From: an uncultured Bacteroidota bacterium
GTDB lineage: Bacteria; Bacteroidota; Bacteroidia; Bacteroidales; 4484-276
Assembly: GCA_903944895.1 (NCBI GenBank)
Contig: CAJATL010000226.1
Span: forward strand, 7,762 to 71,761
Reading direction: 5' to 3'
DNA: 64,000 bases
Made by a program: the position numbers and the translations under genes. The notes beneath the pieces were generated by a model that saw only the letters and a list, made by a program, of their open reading frames with translations, did not search any database and was not told the origin of the DNA. Numbering within the stretch: the stretch's first letter is position 1; each line of letters begins with the position of its first letter. Below are positions 12,001-18,800 of this stretch, piece by piece.

Positions 12001-13878
12001 TGCAGCGCCACCATAAACAAAAAGCGCGTTTTCCACACCAAATGATGTAGCCCCCAAGCTAAATCTTGCTCCTTTTTTTAATGCTGGATTGTTTATGGTC
12101 TTGTTTATGGTGTTCATTCCCATTGAAGACACGGCAGAAAGAACGCCAAGCCCTGATCCTATAATAGTACCTTTACCGGCAGCAGTTAATGTTTCAAGAA
12201 CGTGATAATCTTTTAATGATAATTCCGGGTTAGCGGATATTTCAGTTCCCTGTCTTAAAATATCTTGTATTGCGTCATATCCACCAAGCATAGATGCAGA
12301 TGGCAGCGCTGCCTTAATCACCCCTTGGGTTAATGGTTTTGTTAAAAATGATTTTGATCCGCGTAACATGGCTTTTTCAGCCATCCTTACGGCTAATTGT
12401 TTTGATGCTCCTGCAGTAACAAACCTTTTCGCTACGTTCTCTGTAATCTTTGCTAACGCTACTTTGGCGGCGTACTTTCCTGGGGCGGCCAAAAGACCGA
12501 ATAGCGGTGCGTCAAATGAAATACTTACGGCCCCGGCAGCACCCCTTTCAATCCAATTTGAAGGATATTTATCTTCATGTATTCTTCCCTCAATCATTTG
12601 AGTTACAACACCCGGAATACTTCCATAAGCTCCCTGCGTAAGAATAAATTCAGCAGATGATTTTGATGCTGTTTGCTTTAAATATTCATCATTGGCAGCA
12701 AGCATGTACTCATTATATGTTTTTACTACCTCTTTATTTACATATTCTTCGAGGGCTGGGCCAACATCTCCATCAACTTTGTTTGTGTAAATTTCAGAAA
12801 ATATTTTTTTGTACTCATCTTCTGATTGTGGATTTCTGGATAATGCTTCTTCGTGAGAAGCCCTCTCAATTTCTGATAAACGCTCCTGTACCTGTGGCTT
12901 TTCGGTAAATTCTTTGATTTTTTTATCTTGGATTGCTCCGGTTAACTCCAATGCAATATCTTGTTGAATTTGCATTGGATTATAATCAGTATCTTCTAAT
13001 TGTTTTAACCTTGCAAATGCTGTTTTAGCGACTGAAAGCACAGCGCTTCCACCAACAACATAATCAGTAATAGTTTTTAGTACGGATTTATCTTGGCCTT
13101 TTACCTCATTTATTTTATCAACAACCCTTTGTTTTCTTTTTTCAATTTCTGAAAATACCTTACTGCCAATTTCTTCTTTTTTACCTTCAATAGTTTCAGC
13201 CCATATTCTTTTGTTGTCTTGGGTTACGATTTCATTGTAAATTTTATCGTCAGCCTGTTTTCCAGATAAATCAAATGCCTTTTCGTTTTTAGGGTCAATA
13301 ACGTAAACCGAACCGTTGAGGGCTGCTTTAAATGCCTTATCGTTCATTGATGTTTCTTTCATCATCACTGGAACGTCGGACATACTAAACTCTCCCGTTT
13401 TCATTGGAGATATATTAGTTTGCTTTCCGGAAGAATCAGGCGTTTCTTGGGCTTGTTTTTGTGGTATGGTGTCACCGACAACTACCGGTTGCTCTGGTTG
13501 AATTATTTGTTCATCTTCTTCTGGCGAAGGGCTTGGAGATTTTGGACCACGCGAGTAAAACCATTTCGACAAGCCTCCCTGAACAGCATCCTGAAAAGTA
13601 GGAATTGGTTCCGAATTGTCTTTTTTTTTTACTTCACTGGCTTCCGGGTGTTTGTTTAAAAATCCAGATACTTTATCTTCTGGGATATCATACAACGAGC
13701 CATTAAGATCATATCGCACTACTTTTTGCTTTGCAACTGGTGTGCTTGTAGCTGCCGGAGGCGGTGTACTTTGTGATTGTTCTTTAGCTTCCGGATATTT
13801 AGCAAGAAATCCATCAATTTTATCGCTTGGGATTGCGTACATTTTTTCACCTACAACGAAATTCTTTACATCTGGCAT
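1..13878 (-). CDS. giant multidomain polyvalent-type virion/ejection protein, partial (>4626 codons; C-terminus lies left of window)
   Basis: Own translation of the minus strand. ATG at 13878 gives MPDVKNFVVGEKMYAIPSDK... The frame stays open and protein-like: checked codon by codon over 13878-11400 and 9420-1, read through elsewhere. It ends at base 1 in ...ISGVTIPTLALWWMNK. No stop lies inside the window, so the supplied track omitted it; the + strand here carries only short shadow ORFs. Confidence 0.85.
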   Translation of the reverse strand, partial: MPDVKNFVVGEKMYAIPSDKIDGFLAKYPEAKEQSQSTPPPAATSTPVAKQKVVRYDLNGSLYDIPEDKVSGFLNKHPEASEVKKKDNSEPIPTFQDAVQGGLSKWFYSRGPKSPSPSPEEDEQIIQPEQPVVVGDTIPQKQAQETPDSSGKQTNISPMKTGEFSMSDVPVMMKETSMNDKAFKAALNGSVYVIDPKNEKAFDLSGKQADDKIYNEIVTQDNKRIWAETIEGKKEEIGSKVFSEIEKRKQRVVDKINEVKGQDKSVLKTITDYVVGGSAVLSVAKTAFARLKQLEDTDYNPMQIQQDIALELTGAIQDKKIKEFTEKPQVQERLSEIERASHEEALSRNPQSEDEYKKIFSEIYTNKVDGDVGPALEEYVNKEVVKTYNEYMLAANDEYLKQTASKSSAEFILTQGAYGSIPGVVTQMIEGRIHEDKYPSNWIERGAAGAVSISFDAPLFGLLAAPGKYAAKVALAKITENVAKRFVTAGASKQLAVRMAEKAMLRGSKSFLTKPLTQGVIKAALPSASMLGGYDAIQDILRQGTEISANPELSLKDYHVLETLTAAGKGTIIGSGLGVLSAVSSMGMNTINKTINNPALKKGARFSLGATSFGVENALFVYGGAALEGRLSEVTSEDFMESVAMLGFMKAKGIAHEISAFKNERAKAKLRKEIKFTAGELHALDKYDFLLPWEKRMSVRDEFGKKKRMADIDMVRPLSEYGLHELIINKNIPESVKRKILFGSKGMAPMNDIPADDVTLRTTEYGAYVDIRDRRGNLLVSEFYDNPADAQQSVDKYNHLSLNNKYLNKLWALPDEQRKRIGEVTMAKLKEEGLLNGIEPYIAMMPSERLPNEQKVVEDLYAEIDRTIDVLAEEKAKAEEVKKLEEEKKKPQPAPTEVKLTNRDALSSVRNKITELTSETEKIQNEDILANGVVTNETLAKMSEIDAQIELLKQQEVDILSIADSEVEKNTKEINAKIDKLSIKIKAIDEKIGNPKSDEEMAQASEEIDKLQPELEKLEAERQVIIDKTREEVLVGEFTPKEQKKVEKPVEQKKPVPPPNPEIKPVTRNDLSVVRNEIFDLNNQIIDLEKEDEKGNAGKIQELRGRVDELTKKENEIVSILEAEEEKKAKEKEYVNLFDHYATNHGSTNTIRYNKKENKLYEVENTARGKIQEISIEDAALKKFKATQRGKNELEIKEAYIDEVKNQYETEIKELIKKHSEKPAQEKPEVTDPAEVQKIKNSIAEGELILKSGKSNGKKLSPDQLSAIQAQVNREKLKIGMPIDERPAGEVDKEPWDMTDSELEYLYKDQKGRIERLFNTSERDSAEVFKDSRNNFYAKRQGVPLMRIGLEQAKELAWEQLNRDGLMPEGKEKEFYESRVLDKLGIKKMPGFKPVTGEEKILHTRKNGEVITLKDVEELIHGEVTLGEIQRKFKIGFDAATEILKNYNTAKGIKPEQSPEIGNKNYKEGKNQLVGRTMTQTIANGERIVGVVKCVSSDDVVPSHNPETFAKNPNFPTNPDGTTVNSSDYENSVAKQGEIERVSLNPDDRMVFQLPIVDKRGIVFSGTNRTAGRQLAAIRGTDKKFTAILKENAEMYGINPNEIDKIKNPMFVFELKEEMPYTVENWAKFNKDDKKTQSPIEKAIEIGKIITDRARRLLYGIYETADRMSDVTSNPKKVKELIKLFEEEGILLPNEMPRYFDKKAITSTAEGVALVNNILLGSSLSEGTIRTLDAAQMGDIRNKILDSIIPLIKNSALGKSSLQKNVETAIGIINEAKKTGQSLEGWASQVNMFEVKNFDAADLAVAIKLEGKFKEFIKNYNAHVGQLETDFETGVSKERTKADIIDEVLKQSLDNYEKVKSNITKFGQDGKGQVKPDAPNPQQPIKRSSAEHKQYVHERFRAEFSKKGIPGQQIDAAIAIMEARAKSWASEDILNRTPDEWYDRIADVGGGEFMDGTTKLYQLPDGRTVNGKSVSPEIVNGFYSPLEKVIIDAKYDKLPAKQWVEKFSQLKGEEAKWTGLTDWLQSQPGSVTKADIQNFLKDNRIEIVEVVKGTNDKIGINDLTVQKTASGNWSVYGQENGLSVLFRTVDKSEAKTVNEAKKIVLDEQNEDGFDNTKHSQYQLEGQKENYKEILVTLPKQGKGVDYETLSDKQLAEIYEKNIGYNPFEAGESRDYVIDLLKANAGAKTDVQFVNDTHYSEPNIAVHLRMNTRVGADGKKVLFLEEVQSDWGQKGKKEGFIGGGLKSDDLEIIESKDSGRNNPFLPHLGNTKIFTIFNKRTKLKSIQVAYTEEKAIEKELFDHNQNNIGKKSIQSAPFVTETASWTKLGLKVALKEAVKQGVDKIAWTTGEQQNDRWSLEKQVDYIQYEDGFGGNRYVDISHKDGITTLYVDSKTGKITEEKNQRIGSVGKNLEDVIGKELSERVLTDKKSGRIEGEGLKVGGKGMKGFYGSPTEGKLGIIGEVAEKLFKQKVSTTDIETKDLTSPDQIGIERNGKKWELMIGEPGEEPKLFDTYEKAVEARNKLGKVKQTQHSIDITPELRAEVEKGLPKFQINPEQAGRLKYKSELPTDHIFRDAVETTEGARVTDEGLIIRAIRYQKPDQSGSNSVRTGVFYLPYKSTDVRHYRNGKIGYGGKEKHEGEILIKKPIFVRGATGGKAPQAAYDQIKGKGAYNDMVAKVHDATLSSPFGQWSNRKDIPEDVANLLTRYNEGSYYSDNYDIAYDMVRVSKQGNTLKYAILENIVAHAVRKAGYDSVLGYSQKRNNHYFISEIFDVRETTYPMRGEESEIHPDFKFQEGEGIKKGALETLKDGKYVIHALESPDFSTMVHEIAHVFEGDLNYIERGVVKRIGGSEAFARGFERYLRDGNAPDPEMQSLFDKFKTWLTDIYQSLVGSPIEKSLTPEVKKIFDRLLTERKAIEEEPEDEIKEVKSYGAKTRYKGLEIKVGEKYWDNRYGDFYTIEKMTTFGEDDVTATLKYNKGQTREENGSFLLYHIDAKQHTPFNAGNFGAKPDVQPDVKPKEKITFARNDEKIKKIMGEIDGLLGELGKPVFETGGLSKLQPFVGVIGKLVQVGYYKIEDVAKYLAEKGYNDWLPKLQEAYQIFRDESDLSLEVKNSLSNGKEISGFDYRRFVPGKPNEEGVEAGGNVAGGSVNNGPTGTTGAVRPPIRIADEGSLPSPSKEHIVDGKYDIDENQRFASNLAIDRFKVAKGKSFLLADGAGVGKTRMIEVIANEMSGEGKVLIVSLGNVIEDSFVKDAKALGIDLNKFEIGTYDDLRNGKIGQGEYALAIYDESQNLKNPLSGKAIAQSKVNSKHNMFVSATPMDKPEHAVYFLSEITDIPQKEIQKRLGVEIEWKTKNGETFPIVRIPGGVKEYIVKLLELRKEAITKGAMVRREYPFFGDIGDEKHEMNDKHPYSNPQTVAKIEEIHNDRIDNAMSIVIARTVKDVVMNKFTGLNTSSIQGLSEKDMYAKLKKEYESKSLSQNYWVLHSKIEEFKKQERFTMLANIDKINEVGKFDVVYNKVKKALAAGKQVVVVASYVNKVKVKAGSAGSKYGFYEREIPTEETLIYRVEQALAKEGIGVAKIFGGNKNKAYSREQDKFQSGKAKVLLMTSKSGGTGINLDDVVGNSPREMIIATGEYSGDVLEQVLGRVSRRNTKSPAKVTMVYFPNTSDNNRKKRSDEKRKVIRAIVAGTEDLDKARLEGNTKEDEGVIDEIDGGPVRVPKQPAEKKKPVIEDFGTNGIIVKESFDIKDALKSIGAKWIGSQKGWMLPKTKQEEAQAIIDDFNEGSPEGGVNAMAAGGKTQVRDMNMELDDQTGGKKPVDAMQITKEAEKRFDLKIRKGRMHAGSRTLGIFKPWARVIRTKQHKMLDVLAHEIAHDLDYKFFITKGRASKLTPEMKQELADLDYDPSQKRPLEGFAEYMRLYASGADDSIRLAAPKFMAWFEGTWKPANKEVAENIDWYREQVTQWRMQGARLRALNSIDMMDEGKLTRAYKNTKEFLTSKDKRTEVSLKVASQWKDKLSVIDWVFNRMMQQSGVDFVRPSEHAGQIAASRQKTAALTTNRFVLGGTYNNAFEKTGKSLKEVMSPVTKTKKDFEDAILYAWALRAIDLHNRVDKDNNSTPINTGMPLDEAVHLVDTLYTPERQKFTEELTQFMSMVMDYLVEAGGLSQKAKDRILQQNPSYIMLKKVLDKGTFSGGGGNKIFNVGSPIKSFTHGGSDKNIRMPIKMMIREVESIVNAANSIRVARAFIDFMADKQSHKYGLGNWFEKISSDKKKVQFGIRQIEDQLEKIGADLTDADMESLLDVWVNAGYTQSMKNENIVWIPDPETGKKVFYQVHPLFYEAITKGMRPTHLNWIMTTLLVKPNMMLKLGATAFKVSFAVITNPLRDIPTGGLQSKYKGGGRLDKQLMGIWAETFGTGKYINEFRRSGVEMSNFLGEDIDNMNSLLQEAMLKKKMDPGVTWAATPWEAAKQVADITLQNVGYHIIKHPLKSYREALSITESGVRYAEFDAVMRSYEGRIKAAYQAGDQAEVYKLKRDRAIEATNAANEVTLNFKKAGTYGEVLNMMVPFFNPRLQGTFKMIDMLSKKQQQGIDRKMDSRLRYLLKAISGVTIPTLALWWMNK
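2150..2330 (-). other. zincin-like HExxH motif 2 within giant ORF
   Basis: LDVLAHEIAHDLDYKF; codons at 2239-2256. Confidence 0.5.
2900..4260 (-). other. SNF2-family helicase domain within giant ORF
   Basis: Motif I LLADGAGVGKT (4207-4227). Motif II IYDESQNLKN (3994-4008). Motif III SATP. Motif V LLMTSKSGGTGINLDD (3008-3046). Motif VI LGRVSRRN. Confidence 0.8.
5250..5480 (-). other. zincin-like HExxH motif 1 within giant ORF
   Basis: FSTMVHEIAHVFEGDL; the HEIAH codons lie at 5383-5397. Confidence 0.5.
6850..8000 (-). other. conserved uncharacterised module within giant ORF
   Basis: FYSPLEKVI..LPAKQWVEKF..KGEEAKWTGLTDWL ... HLRMNTRVGADGKKVLFLEEVQSDWGQKGKKEGF ... DKIAWTTGEQQNDRW. I recall similar strings in plasmid and phage polyvalent proteins but cannot name the family. 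Confidence 0.3.
9150..9420 (-). other. ParB/Srx-like (DdrB-ParB type) region within giant ORF
   Basis: SSDDVVPSHNPETF ... QLPIVDKRGIVFSGTNRTAGRQLA. The SH(D/N)P plus G(T/N)NR pattern is typical of ParB-like domains in polyvalent proteins, recalled from memory. Confidence 0.4.
9540..9640 (-). other. FtsK-gamma-like winged-helix motif within giant ORF
   Basis: VTLGEIQRKFKIGFDAATEIL resembles the FtsK gamma signature (s.lQRr.riGynRAarii), recalled from memory. Confidence 0.35.
10200..11350 (-). other. Lys/Glu-rich coiled-coil region with internal repeat, within giant ORF
   Basis: Heptad-like K/E-rich sequence. A repeated block occurs twice: TNRDALSSVRNKITELTSE and TRNDLSVVRNEIFDLNNQ. Confidence 0.5.
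12000..12550 (-). other. Gly/Ala-rich hydrophobic, membrane-insertion-like segments within giant ORF
   Basis: Translated segments: GAAGAVSISFDAPLFGLLAAPG, GKGTIIGSGLGVLSAVSSMG, LGATSFGVENALFVYGGAAL. Confidence 0.4.
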
Positions 13879-13890
13879 GATCAATGGTTT

Positions 13891-15102
13891 TTATTTTACC
13901 GGTAAAGGTACTTCAAATTTAGCATATTCATCTGGCTCATATTCTACAACGATTTTATTCTGTTTTGCGTATCGCTCAACATCATCCCATGGCACATAAA
14001 AACGGGTCTCTACAACCTTAGATATTCCTGGAGCCGTAACAGTTCCTCCAATTGCTCCTAACGATCCACCAATGCTTGATGTCTGCTGTTCTTCTTTTGG
14101 TTTAGTGAGTATTGCCCATTTTTTATCGCCAACATATCTCGCCCCAACTACCTTTGACCCAGCAAGTGATTCTGATGGATCTTTGTCATTTACAGCCTTG
14201 CTTTGCCCGTTTGGCGCATCCCAATATTTTGTAATTCCAGATACCGGAAATTCATCGAACAATATCTCGTCACCTTCTTTAGTAAGTGGATACACCTTTA
14301 ATTCTTTGTCGGTACCGTCACCAGTTTTTTGCTTACCAATAAGGGTTGATTTACCTGCTATTTTTGGACTTACGGCCATTCCTTTTGCCATATAGTCTTC
14401 TTTATTTTTAAACCACCCATCATTAAGATAATCTTGGCCTCTTACTTGCCAGTTAGCTTCAAGTGCATTTTTCCAATTTTCGACATTAAGTACCTTCCCC
14501 CCTTGTTCAACATTATATTTTTGAGTTCCGGCGTCTTTATCGCCTACTGTTACCGGTGCGGCATCATAAAAATTCTTTGCCATCTTGTCGAACATATCAA
14601 CTGGTGGAGGTGTAGTTTTTACTGACAACCACGCACCGGACTGTACGGCTTGTAATCTTTGGTCAAGGGGTAATTTTGCAATTTCATCAAGCGCCTTTAG
14701 TGATTCTTCCCTGTTTATTTTACCGCTTTTATCGAAAGTAACACCCTTCACGGCATCATACATTGATTGCTTTGCTTCGACATAATTACTCACATAAGAT
14801 TCAAGCCCTTTTACGTTTTCATTAACCTTCATGTAATCCCTGGGGGAAAGTTTAGCCCCACTATTTTTGTAGATTTTAGCTGTTTCTTCGAGCAACTTGT
14901 CCTGCAAGGCAAGATACCCCTCCCTGTCCTGTCCATAAACCGGATAAAATGACTTATCAACTATCTTTTGAAATTCATCAATCTTTTGACTTTTTTCCTG
15001 ATAGTCTTGCTGTAAAATGTTCATGTTCATTTGAGCAACCCCTTGAAGGGCTTGATCCATTTTACCAGAATCCGGTAGTATTGTTACTCCACTTTGAAAC
15101 AT
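13891..15102 (-). CDS. hypothetical virion/internal protein (403 aa)
   Basis: Track ORF. Stop lies 12 nt before the giant ORF start. Co-oriented in the late operon. Confidence 0.7.
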   Translation of the reverse strand: MFQSGVTILPDSGKMDQALQGVAQMNMNILQQDYQEKSQKIDEFQKIVDKSFYPVYGQDREGYLALQDKLLEETAKIYKNSGAKLSPRDYMKVNENVKGLESYVSNYVEAKQSMYDAVKGVTFDKSGKINREESLKALDEIAKLPLDQRLQAVQSGAWLSVKTTPPPVDMFDKMAKNFYDAAPVTVGDKDAGTQKYNVEQGGKVLNVENWKNALEANWQVRGQDYLNDGWFKNKEDYMAKGMAVSPKIAGKSTLIGKQKTGDGTDKELKVYPLTKEGDEILFDEFPVSGITKYWDAPNGQSKAVNDKDPSESLAGSKVVGARYVGDKKWAILTKPKEEQQTSSIGGSLGAIGGTVTAPGISKVVETRFYVPWDDVERYAKQNKIVVEYEPDEYAKFEVPLPVK

Positions 15103-15114
15103 ATCAAATTTATA

Positions 15115-15894
15115 TTATTTGATTCCTGAAAGATACTTTTTTAACATCATCTCAAACGACTCCGGCGTTGATTGCTTGTTTTTTTGTTCAGTCAAATACT
15201 TACCATATCCAACATCAAATGATTCTTGGCTTATAGTTGGCGTAGAAATCGTTTGTTTAAAAATATCTGAAACTGGTTCTGTGGTACCGCCATCCTTACC
15301 AATATTATCAAAGTGCTCATCCAATAGGTCGTTCTTTCCCTTCATGTACTTTTGCATGTTCCCATAACCAACTCCGGTCATTGCGCTGGACAATCCACTG
15401 GACAATCCATTCAATAATTCTTTATATCCGGCCATTTCCTCGGACTTGGCAGCAATATCTTTCTGCATGTTAAACTGATTAACATTTAGTTCGGTTGGTG
15501 CCTTTACGCTTGATAAGAAGTTTGCAAGCATGGCTTCGTTTTGCATTTGCGCCGAAGCATCCTGTACGCCTAACTGCCTTAAATTTGCCGTAGCACCTTC
15601 GGAGGACTTTGCGAGAAGGTCAAGTAACGCGGAAGGATTATCAACAACCTCCTTACCCAAGCCCATTGTCCTGGCCATTTGTGATTGAATGTCGGCTTCA
15701 ATGGTATCTTTACCCGGAAGCCCTTTGCTTGCCATATCCCGGTAAATGTTTTCTGCAGAATACACGCTATCCGGAACCTGTAAGTTCATAGACCTCAAAT
15801 AATCAGCATATTCATCATGCTTGATTTTTGAAAATATCCCACCACCAGCGCTTAATACCCCTGATGCTAATCCTAATGCAACTACTGGTAACAT
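15115..15894 (-). CDS. hypothetical internal/ejection-type protein with N-terminal hydrophobic Gly-rich segment (259 aa)
   Basis: Track ORF. N-terminus reads MLPVVALGLASGVLSAGGGIF. Its ATG sits 1 nt downstream of the upstream gene's stop (TAG 15898-15900). Confidence 0.65.
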   Translation of the reverse strand: MLPVVALGLASGVLSAGGGIFSKIKHDEYADYLRSMNLQVPDSVYSAENIYRDMASKGLPGKDTIEADIQSQMARTMGLGKEVVDNPSALLDLLAKSSEGATANLRQLGVQDASAQMQNEAMLANFLSSVKAPTELNVNQFNMQKDIAAKSEEMAGYKELLNGLSSGLSSAMTGVGYGNMQKYMKGKNDLLDEHFDNIGKDGGTTEPVSDIFKQTISTPTISQESFDVGYGKYLTEQKNKQSTPESFEMMLKKYLSGIK

Positions 15895-15897
15895 ATC

Positions 15898-18800
15898 CTA
15901 ACTTTTTTCATTAACAATACTGTTTACAACAAGGTACGAAATTACTCCACCAGAACTATTTTTCAATTTTAATTTCATCCATCTCCCCTTTAACCTGTTT
16001 CCATTAACCAGTTCGATTGGCGTTGTGCCGTTCCTTCTAAAATTAGCCCAAAGCATATCGTTCTTATTAACAAAATCACTTTCATAAATTACGCTTTCCG
16101 CTACTTTATTCATTAAATCATCATAAATAGCTACCTCCGCGCTCCAACCAGTCGTTCCTTTAATTTGAATGTTCTGGAATATCTTACTTTTTAATGGCTC
16201 AATATTGATCGGGATTTCCACCTCACAATCAAAATCGTTACCATAAATTTTAGTTGATCCTTCTTGGTTGTGCTTCCATAACTTTTCATCATAATACGAC
16301 AACATTCTATCACCAAGCCAGGCGTAACCCATAGGCGTGTAAACTGGCGAGTGAGACCAAAGGTTTTCGTCTTCGTGAAATGTAATAGTTTCGCTAACTC
16401 CATTGATTGTAAAAGTAACATTTAATTCGTTATACAAGCCATCCCATCCACAACTAACTTCTGACTGACCCAGATTGGATAATATTTCTTTTGATTTTTG
16501 CTTGAAGTACCCATTAAGTCCGTATTTGGATATTGGGAATGGGCCATTGGAAGATTCCCGGACCATAACCCCATTAAACACATCGAAAAAATATTGAGCA
16601 TTGTTTACGGTAGCCACTGACTTTGGGAATATGGTACCAAAATCCAAAGTACTTGGAACAATTGTCCCGAGCAGCTTGTCGGTGTACCCAACATAACCAG
16701 TGGTGCCGTCGGCCTGATCAATAACCGTCCGGCCAATATAGATACTCGTAACCTTTGTGTCTTGGATTACCTTCAAAATATAACCAACAACGTCCATGTC
16801 ACGAATTTCGCCATATTTTTCGTCAAGAAGTATCTCGCTTGCATCGAAGTTTGAAAGCCCATTAAAAGCTCCTTTAATGTATTGACGGCTATGTTTTATG
16901 GCAACGGTATTCCATTTTGGGTCGGCGTGTTCAATAACTACATTCGGACGACCTTTGTTCCAGAAATTACTTTCGTAAATGTCAGAAAAATGGGTGTCCT
17001 CACACATGAAATAATACTCTCCACTTTTTACCCGGGGCTTTACATACGAATCACCCTGAATAGTGACCTCTAAAAATCCTCCCGGACCATGAAGCCTATT
17101 TGGCGTGTGTGCGCCCTGAATAGTATAAAGTCCAGGTAATTCATTAAACAAATTGTTTTCATCATCAATTAACTCCGGGGAATACACTTCGATCAATACA
17201 TTGTAATTATCCCAATGCTCACTCTCAAAATCAAAATTCTTTACTACCAGGTATTGTGAAGATTCCTTTTTTACCTTGTTTCCGTTTTCATCAACGATAA
17301 ATGATTTATTGTCTCCATCTGCATCATCTGTTTTGTAAGTTGAGTTTGCTTTATCAGCGCCAACTTCATCTACATCATACTTCGCATCAATAATTTCCAT
17401 GTCATACAAATCGGACGACAGAACAATGTCTCCGGGGGTGTTTACCCGGCCAATTATCCTTACCCGATCTCTTTTCTGAAAATCATAATAACCATAGGTT
17501 ACTTTGCTGTTATTTAATAGCGCCTCCTGAATAGAATCATTAAGCCTGATTTTTACCATGTTTGCAGCAACATCTCTTTCGAGCGGCTCTACAAGAAACT
17601 GGAAATACCTTCTTTGTTTTGGGGATACGGCAAGTTGAAAATATTTTGCTTCTGCCGGTGGGATTCCGTCAATTTTTATTTTTAAATCGGTTGTAGCCAT
17701 TGTTGGCTTCATCCAATGAATACCCGGGTAACTTTCCGTCACAAAAGGTATTTTAACCGTTTGTGCTGCCTGAACACCGCCACACCTTCCGTAATCATCA
17801 TAATAGATTACTCCAACCTCCACGCTTGACCCGGACTTGAATGTTCTTTGAGTACTAAAAGACGATGAATAAGTTACAGTGTAACCATCAACAGCGTAAA
17901 CGCGACCATTATCATCCCAGCTTTCATCAACAGTAAGAACATTTGGGGTGATGTTTGTAACTGACGCAATCCCGCTAAATATTGATTCATTAAACCAAGT
18001 TGCGATTGCTTCAATAACATCTTGCATTGATTCATTCTCTTGGGCGGTATAAAAATAATTTCTTTCGTAATCAGCGTTATCATCATGGTACTTAAATGAC
18101 ACCGAAAATAATGCACCATCACCAGTAACAATAAAATTACCAAAATATAAAACATACCAAGTTCCAAATAATGCGGCTTCAATAGATTGAAATTCATAAC
18201 TAACAAGTCCACGAACCTGTGTTATTGTTAAATCGGTTTCTTGAGTATTCCTATAACCAGTGAGATAGTTTCCGTAAAGTATGTTCTTTCCATCAATGAA
18301 CTTTTGAACCTTTGCCGAAATAGGAACATCAAAAAACAACCTGCCAACCTCTATATCGTCCAATGGGTAGCTAATTTCATTCCCAAAGAAACTTACCCGG
18401 CCAACGGCACCAGCCCAAGTATCGTCTTCATTCCATTTATGGATTGTTTTAAATTGCCTCCAATGTCCATTGTTGCCTTCTCGGTAGGCTACATTTACCG
18501 ATTCAACCTGATCTGGACCCAATTCAAATGTAACAACAATTTCGTTGTTCGTGTTTTCCGGGTTTCCGTAAATCCCAATCGGATTACTTTCACCTATTGG
18601 GGTAGGAAGATTAGATATTTCAGACCAAGCGCCTTGCTCCTTATCATCCCAAACGTACTGAACCCTAAACTGAAATAGTTTTTCGCGGAGGTAATTTTGG
18701 TTTAATGAAAGATTGTTTGTGTAAGCAGCACTTACTTTGGCCATGTTATTTTTGGCAACATTTGTAATTTGCGGAATATTTACATTTGTAAATGTAGGAT

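Noticed and set aside
1-13878. The idea that the ORF-poor first 13.9 kb reflects stop-codon reassignment (an alternative genetic code, as in some Bacteroidota phages).
   Set aside because: Direct translation in the standard code is already uninterrupted. TAA, TAG and TGA all terminate neighbouring well-formed genes (TAA at 13891, TAG at 15898, TGA in many ATGA overlaps).
1-13878. The giant ORF as a crAss-like or N4-like virion RNA polymerase.
   Set aside because: I found no DxDGD / DFDID-type metal-binding motif or other RNAP signature by eye. The recognisable motifs are SNF2, HExxH and ParB-like. The possibility is left as a control search, not a call.
2-13999. About 45 short + strand ORFs listed in the track (for example 2176..2637, 8140..8595, 8426..8896, 13616..13999), plus minus-strand ORFs 1194..1388, 4326..4523 and 8136..8345.
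   Set aside because: They are low-complexity, Ser/Phe/Leu-rich shadow frames lying opposite to, or out of frame with, the continuous giant minus-strand ORF. None has operon context or motifs.
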